Assembly (NCBI GenBank): GCA_003388555.1
Contig: QQVD01000057.1
Location: 43,192-107,191, forward strand
DNA length: 64,000 nucleotides
Origin: Acidobacteriota bacterium
GTDB lineage: Bacteria > Acidobacteriota > Thermoanaerobaculia > Multivoradales > Multivoraceae
Direction: 5' to 3'
Shown: positions 9,514-18,492 of the stretch, piece after piece
Layout of the letters: the number at the start of each line of letters is the position of its first letter
Position numbering within the stretch: position 1 is the first letter of the stretch
Made by a program: the position numbers and the translations under genes
Notes under the pieces: model-generated
What the model saw: only the letters and a program-made list of their open reading frames with translations
The model's database searches: none
What the model was told of the DNA's origin: nothing

Positions 9514-10986
9514 ATGCGCCACGCACCACGAACGAGTCGAAGGAGAGCCGCGCTGACGATCCTGATCGTCAGTGTCGTTCTCAGCCTCGTCCTTCCGGCC
9601 ACGATGATCGGTCAGGTTGGATCCGATGGAAGCTCCGACGACCTGATCTTCATCCTCGACGCCTCCGGTTCGATGTGGGGTCAGGTGAAGGGCAAGAACA
9701 AGATCGTCATCGCACGCGAGACCTTCGCCGAGCTGGTCGGCGAGCTCGACGCGCGGAGGCGGGTGGGCCTGGTCGCCTACGGTCATCGACGCGAGGGTGA
9801 CTGCTCCGACATCGAGAGGTTGGTCGAGGTGTCGCCGCTCGATCGCGAGCGCCTGGTGGCGACGGTGAATGCGGTCCAGCCCAAGGGCATGACGCCGCTC
9901 GCGGCATCGATCGGCCAGGCCCTCGATCAGGTTCGTCAGGCAGACCGTCCGACGACGGTGGTGCTGCTCACCGACGGCCTCGAGACCTGTGACGCGGACC
10001 CCTGCGCGACGGTGCGCACCGCCAGGGAAGCGGGACTGCCGTTCCTGCTGCACGTCATCGGTTTCGACGTCGCCGAGGACGACGCGGTGCAGCTCGCCTG
10101 TACGGCGCAGGCGTCCGGCGGCCTGTTCCTGCCGGCCGGAGATCAGGAGCAGCTCGCCGCGGCGCTCGCCAGCGCGGTGCAGACGACGGTGGGCGAGGCC
10201 ACCGCGGCTCTGGTGGTCGGCGCGCGGGCCAACGACGCCCTGCAGGACGTCGCCGTGTCGGTGGAACGCCAGGGCGACGCTTCTGTGGCCGACGTCAGCG
10301 CCCGCACCTACGAGGACGCAGCGACGAACCCGGTGCGCGTGCCGCTGGCCGCCGGGCGCTACGAGGCGACGGTGCGTGCCGTCGGTCTCGAGGGTGACGT
10401 CGAGCGGAGCTTCGCGTTCGAGCTCGCCGAAGGCGAGACGGTCGAGCGTTCCTTCGACTTCAGCACCGGCTCGCTTGCCGTCGAGGTGCGTCGCGACAGC
10501 GAGCTCGGCGACGCCACGGTGAGCGTGCGCCTCGCAGGTGGCGGCGACGAGGTGGCCCGCGGCCGCACCTACACCCGAAGCCAGACCAACCCGCTGCCCT
10601 TCGAGCTCACCGCCGGCACCTACGACGTCGTCGTCGAGTCGGTGGAGATCGCCGGGACGCCGAGCCATACCTTCCCGGGGGTTGCGATCGACGCCGGCAG
10701 CAGCGCCACCCTCCGGCACGCCTTCGAGAGCGCGGTGCTGCGCGTCGGCGTCGAGCGCGACGGCGAGCTCGTCGACGCGGTGATCCGGGTGCTGGCGCAG
10801 GACGGCCGGGAGATCGACCGGGCGCGCTCCTACACCAGGGCCAACAGCAACCCGGCCGAGTTCCGGCTCGTCCCGGGCAGCTACACCGTGCGGGTCCAGG
10901 AGGTGCGCGGCGCGCAAGCGGAGGAGATGGTGCGGGTGGAGCTCGTGGCGGGCGCCGAGAGTCTGCAGACGGTGCAGTTGCAGTAG
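9514..10986 (+). CDS. Secreted VWA-domain protein with three C-terminal Ig-like repeats
   Basis: Signal peptide; MIDAS DASGS, T in GMTPL, D in LLTDG; three repeats of R(T/S)Y....(T/S)NP...L.(A/P)G.Y. Confidence 0.85.
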   Translation: MRHAPRTSRRRAALTILIVSVVLSLVLPATMIGQVGSDGSSDDLIFILDASGSMWGQVKGKNKIVIARETFAELVGELDARRRVGLVAYGHRREGDCSDIERLVEVSPLDRERLVATVNAVQPKGMTPLAASIGQALDQVRQADRPTTVVLLTDGLETCDADPCATVRTAREAGLPFLLHVIGFDVAEDDAVQLACTAQASGGLFLPAGDQEQLAAALASAVQTTVGEATAALVVGARANDALQDVAVSVERQGDASVADVSARTYEDAATNPVRVPLAAGRYEATVRAVGLEGDVERSFAFELAEGETVERSFDFSTGSLAVEVRRDSELGDATVSVRLAGGGDEVARGRTYTRSQTNPLPFELTAGTYDVVVESVEIAGTPSHTFPGVAIDAGSSATLRHAFESAVLRVGVERDGELVDAVIRVLAQDGREIDRARSYTRANSNPAEFRLVPGSYTVRVQEVRGAQAEEMVRVELVAGAESLQTVQLQ

Positions 10987-11013
10987 TGGAGTGGAGTCGG
11001 ACTGGAGGATCCG

Positions 11014-11418
11014 ATGCCGCTCGTCCTGGGCAGTCACACGTCAGCGCCCGACATCGTAGACGAGCCCTACGCCTGGCTCTATCCAGAGGTCTGTGAGTAC
11101 CTGCTCTCTCTGCGAGACACGGACTTCGCGGACGATCTGCGGTTGATCCGTGAGATCGCGTCGGCGGATCCGTACGGCCGGCTCAGATTCCCGGCTTCGG
11201 ATGCGCTGCGTCTCGAAGAGGAGGCGAAGAGGCTCGGGGGCCTCGCACGACAGCGTGGGGAGTTGCCCGAGCCGCCGGCGTCGGTCGGTGTGGAAGAGCT
11301 CGGTGATCCCGGCGAGCGATTCGGTTGGTCAGGTCTCGCCGGCCTTGCCCGGGCTCTCGAATCCGTCGGCGCGTGCGAACGATCGAAGACGGCGGGGCTC
11401 CTCCTGGTCGGGGACTGA
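11014..11418 (+). CDS. Hypothetical protein
   Basis: GGAGG before ATG; fills the gap between two genes; plausible composition. Confidence 0.6.
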   Translation: MPLVLGSHTSAPDIVDEPYAWLYPEVCEYLLSLRDTDFADDLRLIREIASADPYGRLRFPASDALRLEEEAKRLGGLARQRGELPEPPASVGVEELGDPGERFGWSGLAGLARALESVGACERSKTAGLLLVGD

Positions 11419-11568
11419 CCGCCTGTCGCCCGCCGCGGTTGGAGGGTTCGGTATCGGCGCGTCAGGCGAAACCCGCCGGCAGCGTTCTTCCCTCTGACGG
11501 CACGCGCTTCGCGGGAGGTGGTCTCCCGTGGAGCGTCGTGACGCCGCAGTGAAGAGGGGAGCGCAGCT

Positions 11569-13233
11569 ATGCTGGCGCGAGTGCTCGCCGCGACGCCCTG
11601 GGGCATCGAGGCGCAGAAAGTGGAGATCGAGGCCCACGTGCACTCGGGCCTGCCGCGGACGCAGCTGGTGGGCCTGCCGGACGCCGCGATCAAGGAGGCC
11701 CGCGATCGCGTGATCTCGGCGATCGCGAACACCGGCTTCAAGCTGCAGCAGCAGACGCGGGTGATCAACCTGGCGCCGGCCGACCTGCGCAAGGAGGGCA
11801 ACCAGCTCGACCTGGGGATCGCCCTCGCTCTGCTCGCGGCGTATGGCCACGTGCGTCCGAAGATGCTCGGCGGACGTCTGATCTGCGGCGAGCTGGGCCT
11901 CGACGGGGCGGTGCGGCCGGTGCGTGGCGCGCTGGCCATCGCCGATCTGGCGCGTCATCTGCGGGTGCGCGAGCTGCTGTTGCCTCGGCAGTGCGCGCGT
12001 CAGGCGGCGGCGCTTCGTGGAGTGAAGGTGATTCCGGTCTCGACGCTGGCCGATGCGATCGCCCACGTCGAGGGCAGGGAGGTGATCTCACCGCATCCGA
12101 GGCTGCGGTTCCGGGCCGACGGCGAGGGGGCGGAACAGGGCGACTCGGGTGGAACTGCTGCCGGCGAGTCGTTCCGTGGCACCAGCCTAGGCCGCATCGT
12201 CGACCTCGCCGACGTCTGTGGCCAGGCGACCGCCAAGCGGGCGCTCGAGATCGCCGCGGTCGGCGGCCACAACGTGCTCTTCGTCGGGCCGCCGGGCAGC
12301 GGCAAGACGCTGCTCGCGCAGACCCTGCCAGGGCTGCTGCCGCCGCTCACCGAGAGCGAGGCGCTGCTGGTCACCAAGGTGCACTCGCTGAGCGCCGCGC
12401 GCCCGCCGCAGGGTTTGATCACCCGGCGGCCGTTTCGGGCGCCGCACCACTCGATCTCGACTCCGGGCCTGATCGGCGGCGGCAGCGTGCCACGTCCGGG
12501 CGAGGTGAGCCTGGCGCACGCCGGCGTGCTCTTCCTCGACGAGCTGCCCGAGTTCCGCAAGGACGCCCTCGAGACACTGCGGCAGCCGCTGGAGAGCGGC
12601 GTCGTCGACATCGCGCGGGCGCAGTCGCGCTTCCGTTTCCCGGCCAGGTTCCAACTCCTCGCGGCGATGAACCCATGCCGCTGCGGCTACCACGGCGATC
12701 CCCGGCGCGACTGCCGCTGCCCGCCGGGCGACGTGGCCCGCTACTGCAGCCGCATCTCCGGTCCGCTGCTCGATCGCATCGACCTGCAGGTGAGCGTTCC
12801 CGCGGTCAAGCTGCAGGACCTCGGTGAGCCCGACGGAGAGGCGAGCGCCGTGGTGCGGCAGCGGGTGCTGGCGGCGCGCGAGCTGCGCCGCTCCCGGGTC
12901 GCCGAATCGAGTAGCGTGAGCCGAGGACCAGCGGCGCGGGAGGCAACCGGGGAGAGTGAGCTCGGCGCCACCGTGACCGAGCTGCTGGCCGATCCTCGCC
13001 TCGACGTGCGGGCACGCCGCGCGGCCGAGAAGGCCTACGAGCGCTTCCGGTTGTCGGCGCGCGCCGTCGCCCGGGTGCTGCGCACCGCGCGCACCATCGC
13101 GGATCTGGCGGCCAGCGAGAGCGTGCAGGTGGTGCACGTCACCGAGGCGATCCAGTACCGCATGCAGGGGGTGGCGGAGGAGGGAGGGGGAGTGGGGAAG
13201 GCCGGGATGGAGGCGGGTGGATTCCTGGGCTGA
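11569..13233 (+). CDS. comM: YifB/ComM family Mg-chelatase-like AAA+ ATPase
   Basis: VGLPDAAIKEARDRV, INLAPADLRKEG, Walker A GPPGSGKT, RAPHH, PGEVSLAHAGVLFLDELPEF, AMNPCRCG, SGPLLDRID. Confidence 0.93.
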   Translation: MLARVLAATPWGIEAQKVEIEAHVHSGLPRTQLVGLPDAAIKEARDRVISAIANTGFKLQQQTRVINLAPADLRKEGNQLDLGIALALLAAYGHVRPKMLGGRLICGELGLDGAVRPVRGALAIADLARHLRVRELLLPRQCARQAAALRGVKVIPVSTLADAIAHVEGREVISPHPRLRFRADGEGAEQGDSGGTAAGESFRGTSLGRIVDLADVCGQATAKRALEIAAVGGHNVLFVGPPGSGKTLLAQTLPGLLPPLTESEALLVTKVHSLSAARPPQGLITRRPFRAPHHSISTPGLIGGGSVPRPGEVSLAHAGVLFLDELPEFRKDALETLRQPLESGVVDIARAQSRFRFPARFQLLAAMNPCRCGYHGDPRRDCRCPPGDVARYCSRISGPLLDRIDLQVSVPAVKLQDLGEPDGEASAVVRQRVLAARELRRSRVAESSSVSRGPAAREATGESELGATVTELLADPRLDVRARRAAEKAYERFRLSARAVARVLRTARTIADLAASESVQVVHVTEAIQYRMQGVAEEGGGVGKAGMEAGGFLG

Positions 13234-13279
13234 TGAGTTTGAAGTGGACGTTTCTTCTTTCCACCGTGACCGTGGCGGC

Positions 13280-13459
13280 ATGGCGAAGCACGTGCCAGCC
13301 ACCGAGTTCAAGCAGACCTGCCTGCGCCTCCTCGACACCGTCGGACCTGAGGGCATCGTGATCACCAAACACGGAAAGCCGGTGGCGAAGCTGATCCCGA
13401 TTCCGCACACTTCTGCCCGCGAGCGTCGCTGGCCGGTCAGAGTCGGCGGAGGTCCTTGA
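13280..13459 (+). CDS. Phd/YefM-family type II antitoxin, orphan and probably truncated
   Basis: VPATEFKQTCLRLLD...IVITKHGKPVAKLIP is a typical Phd N-terminal domain; 3' end runs into the antisense gene; no toxin follows. Confidence 0.75.
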   Translation: MAKHVPATEFKQTCLRLLDTVGPEGIVITKHGKPVAKLIPIPHTSARERRWPVRVGGGP

Positions 13460-13679
13460 CCACGTGCTCGGCGCCGTGGCGCTTGATCCCCAGAGTCAGA
13501 GCCAGCAGTCGGCCGAGCTCACCCTCGGGCCAGCCGTAGCTCTCGAGGGCCATCAGGTACTCCTCCGGCAGGTCGATCAGCGCGCGGCCGCGGTAGCGGC
13601 CGTAGGGCATCGGCTGGTCGACCAGGAGCTCGAGGTCCTCGGGATCGAAACCGAGATCGATGCGCTGACGGGGGTCCAT
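13437..13679 (-). CDS. DUF3820 (YpeB-like) family protein
   Basis: MPYGRYRGRALIDLPEEYL...GWPEGELGRLL; AGGAG upstream. Confidence 0.85.
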   Translation of the reverse strand: MDPRQRIDLGFDPEDLELLVDQPMPYGRYRGRALIDLPEEYLMALESYGWPEGELGRLLALTLGIKRHGAEHVVKDLRRL

Positions 13680-13783
13680 CGGTCTCCTGAGCTCGCATGG
13701 TGGTTCGGCACCCGGCGACGCCGCCGGCGCTCGGGCATCTGTTCGCAGTGCGTGCCAACAGCTCCAGCGGGTACGATCACGTC

Positions 13784-14578
13784 GTGCGACAGTACCTGGA
13801 TCTGCTGCGCGAGGTGCTCGAGGAGGGCGCGGTCAAGGACGACCGCACCGGCACCGGCACCCGCTCACTGTTCGGCCGCCAGCTGCGCTTCGACCTCGCC
13901 GAGGGCTTCCCGGTGCTGACCACCAAGAAGCTGCATCTGCGCTCGATCATCGTCGAGCTGCTCTGGTTCCTGCGCGGCGAGACCAACGTCGCCTACCTGC
14001 ACGAGCACGGGGTGACGATCTGGGACGAGTGGGCCGATGGGGACGGCGAGCTCGGTCCCGTGTACGGCAAGCAGTGGCGCTCGTGGGATGCGCCGGACGG
14101 GAGCACGATCGACCAGATCGACTGGGTACGAAGCGAGATCCGCCGCAATCCGGACTCTCGGCGGCTGATCGTCTCGGCCTGGAACCCGGCAGAGGTCGAT
14201 CAGATGGCGCTGCCGCCGTGCCACGCGCTCTTCCAGTTCTACGTCGCCAACGGGCGTCTCTCCTGCCAGCTCTACCAGCGCAGCGCCGACCTCTTCCTCG
14301 GCGTGCCGTTCAACATCGCCTCGTACGCTCTGCTGCTGACGTTGATGGCGCGCGACACCGGGCTCGAGCCCGGGGAGTTCGTGCACGCTCTCGGCGACGT
14401 GCACCTCTACAGCAACCACGTCGAGCAGGCACGCGAGCAGCTGACCCGTGCACCGCATCCGCTCCCGCGCCTCGACATCGCCACCGACAACACCGATCTC
14501 TTCGGCTACCGACCGGAGGACTTCGTGCTGGTGGGCTACGAGGCGCATCCGCACATCAAGGCGCCGGTCGCCGTCTGA
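13784..14578 (+). CDS. thyA: Thymidylate synthase
   Basis: Start GTG 13784 (MRQYLDLL); [48 protein letters not shown]. Confidence 0.97.
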   Translation: MRQYLDLLREVLEEGAVKDDRTGTGTRSLFGRQLRFDLAEGFPVLTTKKLHLRSIIVELLWFLRGETNVAYLHEHGVTIWDEWADGDGELGPVYGKQWRSWDAPDGSTIDQIDWVRSEIRRNPDSRRLIVSAWNPAEVDQMALPPCHALFQFYVANGRLSCQLYQRSADLFLGVPFNIASYALLLTLMARDTGLEPGEFVHALGDVHLYSNHVEQAREQLTRAPHPLPRLDIATDNTDLFGYRPEDFVLVGYEAHPHIKAPVAV

Positions 14579-14603
14579 GCCGGGTCGCGCCCGCAGTCGT
14601 CGG

Positions 14604-16154
14604 TCAGCGCCCGTCGATCACCGCCCGCGCGGTGTTGGCGAGCACCGGATCCGGGTGGTCGGCGAGCGGCCCCCAGAGCTCGCGCACCGCCGGGGAGCGT
14701 GGAGCGTCGTCGACGTAGCCCGACATCTCTTGGCCGAGCTGGCGCAGGAAGCGGTGCGCGGCAGCGACGGCGACCTCGGACCGGGTCGACTCACCGACCA
14801 CGGCGCGACTCGCCGCATCGACGAAGAGCAGGCCGCTCTGCAGGCGGCGCTGGCTGGCGGCCTCCGCCAGTCGGGAGAAGAAGGCGGTCCACTCCTGGTC
14901 GCCGAGGGCGTCGAGTCGTGAGGTGAGACGGCGGGCGAGGGCCGTGGCGAAACGGCTCTCGCCGCGGGCGCTCAGGAGGTCCTGCGCCAACTCTTCGGCC
15001 GACTCTGCGTCGGACGAGGCGGTCCGGACCTCCTCGAGGAGCTCACGCACCGGTGCCAGGAAGGGGGCGTCGATCGAGGTCTCGAGCGTCCAGGGTCGTT
15101 CGACGGAGGGGCGCGCGGCTTCGTCTGCGTCGCCGGACTCCGCGTCGGGTGTGGACACCTCGGACGGGCCGATGGCGGTGAGCACCAGATCCCGAGCCGT
15201 TGCGACGACGGTCGAGACCGGGGCGGGCAACGCGCCGAGCACGGCTGCCCAGAGTGGCGCGGCGACGACGATGCCGACGGCGAAGGGCCAGCGCAGCGCC
15301 GGCGGACGCAGCGGCAGCCCGCGCGCGGCGCGCAGGGTCGCGAAGCCGAAGAAGAACATCGCCAGCATGAGTGCGAGCGGCGCGACGCTCTCGGGCGCCT
15401 CGCCGAGGAGCAGGGTGGGCACCAGTCGGTGGCCTGCCTGGTCCGACGAGTCGGCCGGGCCCGACAACACCGCCACCGTGGCCGGAGCCTCCCCGGGATC
15501 CGTGTCGACCACCTCATAGAGCCGTCGGATCGGGTCGTCGATCTCGTGGAACAGGCCGTCGAAGGCGGTCGGCTGCCCCGCGTCGTCGCCCGGCTCGGCG
15601 AAGGGATCGCTCCACGGCACCTCGTAGGAGAAGGTCGGCGGATTGGAGTCGAGCCACGCTGAGGCGCGCGGTGAGAGCCGCAGGTCGACCCGCGGCGCCG
15701 AGGGCTGGTTCGCCCAAGGCACTCCGTTGTCGGCCAGCCGGCGCAACCAGACGTCGATCGCGCCTTCCGGCAGCCGGCTGAATCGGGCGCACGAGGACTG
15801 ACGGGCATCGGCCTGCACCGGCGGCGACTGGCTCGGAGCGGTGCCGGGCCCGACCTCCATGCAGACCGCGTAGCGCGCCGCGCCCCTCCAGTCGCCGCGG
15901 GTGGCCGACGGCTCGAGGTCGATCTCGAACCAGACCGCGTGCAGCGGCGCCATCTGGTCTCCCTGCAGCGTCGCACGCTCCGACAGCCGCTGCCGCAGCT
16001 CTGTCCAGGTGCTCCAGAGGAAGCCGAGAACGGCCGCGAGGATCGTCAGGTGCACGATGGCCCCGAGCGGTCCGGCGCCACGTGCCAGCGAGCGCCAGGC
16101 GGAGTCCTCCTGGTGGGCGACGCCCTCGCGCATCGGGTGCTCTCGATGCTCCAT
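14604..16154 (-). CDS. Hypothetical membrane protein
   Basis: Long ORF with about three hydrophobic segments occupying the thyA-folA gap; no family recognised. Confidence 0.6.
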   Translation of the reverse strand: MEHREHPMREGVAHQEDSAWRSLARGAGPLGAIVHLTILAAVLGFLWSTWTELRQRLSERATLQGDQMAPLHAVWFEIDLEPSATRGDWRGAARYAVCMEVGPGTAPSQSPPVQADARQSSCARFSRLPEGAIDVWLRRLADNGVPWANQPSAPRVDLRLSPRASAWLDSNPPTFSYEVPWSDPFAEPGDDAGQPTAFDGLFHEIDDPIRRLYEVVDTDPGEAPATVAVLSGPADSSDQAGHRLVPTLLLGEAPESVAPLALMLAMFFFGFATLRAARGLPLRPPALRWPFAVGIVVAAPLWAAVLGALPAPVSTVVATARDLVLTAIGPSEVSTPDAESGDADEAARPSVERPWTLETSIDAPFLAPVRELLEEVRTASSDAESAEELAQDLLSARGESRFATALARRLTSRLDALGDQEWTAFFSRLAEAASQRRLQSGLLFVDAASRAVVGESTRSEVAVAAAHRFLRQLGQEMSGYVDDAPRSPAVRELWGPLADHPDPVLANTARAVIDGR

Positions 16155-16387
16155 GCCGAGATCCTCCCTGCTGACCCTGCAGTTCCGGTCTTCGCCGCGC
16201 GAGGACCCGGAGCGACCGAACGGGTGCAGCGATCCTACGACCTCGTGATCGGGCAGGCGTTGCAGGCGCTGTGGCAGGCTCTGGAGGCGTCGCGGCGGAG
16301 CCTGAGGGTGGCTACGTGCGGTCGCCGACGTCGCATCGTCAGGGTCGTAGCGGCCCTGAGTCAGATCACCACTGCCGAGGAGTCGCC

Positions 16388-16975
16388 TTGCCGAGCCGTC
16401 ACCAGGAAACGCCTTACAGCGCGCCTCCGATCGAGCTGGTCGCGGCGGTGGCGCGCAACCGGGTCATCGGGCGCGAGGGCGACCTGCCGTGGCGCCTCGC
16501 CGACGATCTGCGCCGCTTCCGCCAGCTCACCACCGGGCACGTGCTGCTGGCCGGTCGGCGCACCTGGGAGTCGATTGGTCGCCCACTGCCCGAGCGCCAC
16601 ATGCTGGTGCTGTCCCGCGGCGGCGCGCGCGCCGCGTCGCTCGAGGGCCCGGGCCGCGAGCACCTCGACACTCTCGACCGGCTCGCCGAGCGCGCAGCTG
16701 CGGCGGCCGCGCGCACGGGGCTGTCCGCCGATCCGATCTACTGCATCGGCGGCGCCCAGGTGTACGCCCTTCTGCTGCCGCGGGCCAGGCGCCTGCACCT
16801 GACCTGGGTCGAGGCCGAGGTCGCAGGCGACGAACGCTTTCCGGAGGTCGACTGGAACCACTGGCGCGAAGTCGCCTGCAGCACCCACGTCGCCGACGAG
16901 CGCAACGAGCACGCGACGACCCACTGCGTCTACGAGAGGCTGGGTGAGGTCGAGCGCGGGCCTGACGGCGGCTGA
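16388..16975 (+). CDS. folA: Dihydrofolate reductase
   Basis: VAAVARNRVIG..GDLPWRLADDLRRF, GRRTWESIGRPLP, IGGAQVY, GDERFP; likely TTG start at 16388 after GAGGAG (start uncertain). Confidence 0.92.
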   Translation: MPSRHQETPYSAPPIELVAAVARNRVIGREGDLPWRLADDLRRFRQLTTGHVLLAGRRTWESIGRPLPERHMLVLSRGGARAASLEGPGREHLDTLDRLAERAAAAAARTGLSADPIYCIGGAQVYALLLPRARRLHLTWVEAEVAGDERFPEVDWNHWREVACSTHVADERNEHATTHCVYERLGEVERGPDGG

Positions 16976-17031
16976 GCGGCAGCGCCCCGGGAGTTTGCCT
17001 GCCAGTGTGCGCAGCCCGTGAGAGCCCGGCG

Positions 17032-18336
17032 ATGTCGCTGCCCGAGGATCCTCTCGGTCGTCGGGAGCTGCTGGTGCGCTGGGCGCTCGAGGCGGGCTTC
17101 CACCGTGCTGGCGTCGCCGAGCTGGAGCCGTCGGGCCGCGAGGCCGAGTACCGCGACTGGCTGGCGCGCGGCGGCAATGCCGGAATGCGCTACCTCGAGC
17201 GGCGACTCGACGAGCGTTTCGATCCGCGGCGTCTGCTGCGGGGGCGCGCCCGGACCGCTCTCTGTGTGGCGCTGCACTACTTCCCGCCGCGGAGCAGGGG
17301 AGGCGAGCGACGCGAGCGGCGGGATCCACAGCGTTCGGACTCCGAGCGCGACGAGACGATGGCCCCCAACCCGCTCTGGCGCGGCGTCGCGCGCTACGCA
17401 CAGGGAGAGGACTACCACCGGGTGATGGAGCGCCGGCTCTGGCCGCTCGCCGAGCGCATCGTCGAGGCGTTCCCGGGCAGCGCGGCGCACGTCTACGTCG
17501 ACACCGGGCCGGTGCTCGAGCGGGAGCTGGCGGCCCGCGCCGGCCTCGGCGTGCCGGCGAAGAACACCATGCTGCTGCACCGGCAGGGGTCCTGGTTCCT
17601 GCTCGGCGAGGTGCTGCTGTCGCTGGAGGTCGCTCCCAGCGAACCGCTCGCCGTCGACCTCTGCGGTTCCTGCACGCGTTGCCTCGACGCCTGTCCGACC
17701 GGCGCCTTCCCCGAACCGTTCGTGCTCGATGCCAGGCGCTGCATCAGCTACTGGACGATCGAGGAGCGTGGTCAGGTCCCGCCCGATCTCGCCGGGCAGT
17801 TCGGCGAGTGGGTCTTCGGCTGCGACGTCTGCCAGGAGGTCTGTCCGTGGAACCACCGCCTCGTCGAGGTCGACGAGCCCGAGCTCGAGCTGCCCGCCGA
17901 GCGCGCCGCTCTCGATCTCGTCTCGCTGGCGACGATCGGGCGCCGCGACTACGTCGAGAGCCTGCAGCACTCCGCCCTCAAGCGGCCCAAGCAGATCGGC
18001 CTGCAGCGCAACGCGCTGATCGCCCTGGGCAATGCCGGTGTCGACCTGGCGTCGCGCGAGGCCGCGTCGGAGGGGGAGGCAGGAGGAGCGCCGGGATTCG
18101 GCAGGCGAGAGGTCGACGCCCTGACCGCCGCACTGCGCTCGAGCGAGCCGTTGCTGCGCCAGACCGCCAGTGACTCGCTGCGGCGGATCGTGGTGGCGGC
18201 CTCCGGACGGGCCGCCGAACGCGAGGCTGTGGCGAGGCCGCTACGGGCTGGGTTGAACGACCTGCTCGCCGAGGGCGAGCTGCCGCCGGATCTGGGCGAG
18301 ATCGTGGCGGGTTGGCTGAGGGCCCCGGGAGCCTGA
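17032..18336 (+). CDS. queG: Epoxyqueuosine reductase
   Basis: VARYAQGEDYH, VDTGPVLER, GSWFLLGE, CGSCTRCLDACP, CISYWTIE, GCDVCQEVCPWN. Confidence 0.93.
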   Translation: MSLPEDPLGRRELLVRWALEAGFHRAGVAELEPSGREAEYRDWLARGGNAGMRYLERRLDERFDPRRLLRGRARTALCVALHYFPPRSRGGERRERRDPQRSDSERDETMAPNPLWRGVARYAQGEDYHRVMERRLWPLAERIVEAFPGSAAHVYVDTGPVLERELAARAGLGVPAKNTMLLHRQGSWFLLGEVLLSLEVAPSEPLAVDLCGSCTRCLDACPTGAFPEPFVLDARRCISYWTIEERGQVPPDLAGQFGEWVFGCDVCQEVCPWNHRLVEVDEPELELPAERAALDLVSLATIGRRDYVESLQHSALKRPKQIGLQRNALIALGNAGVDLASREAASEGEAGGAPGFGRREVDALTAALRSSEPLLRQTASDSLRRIVVAASGRAAEREAVARPLRAGLNDLLAEGELPPDLGEIVAGWLRAPGA

Positions 18337-18492
18337 TCCGAAGAGCGGTCGTCGGGCCACGCTCTCGCTCTCGCCCGGCGCGTCCCGCGGCTGCTGGACT
18401 CCTGCTGCGAGCGGGCTGTGGCCGGTGGTGGAGGCCCGGAGGGGCAGGCGAGGCCTGGCTCGAGAGCCCGGGCGCAAGCGCTGGCGGGTGCC

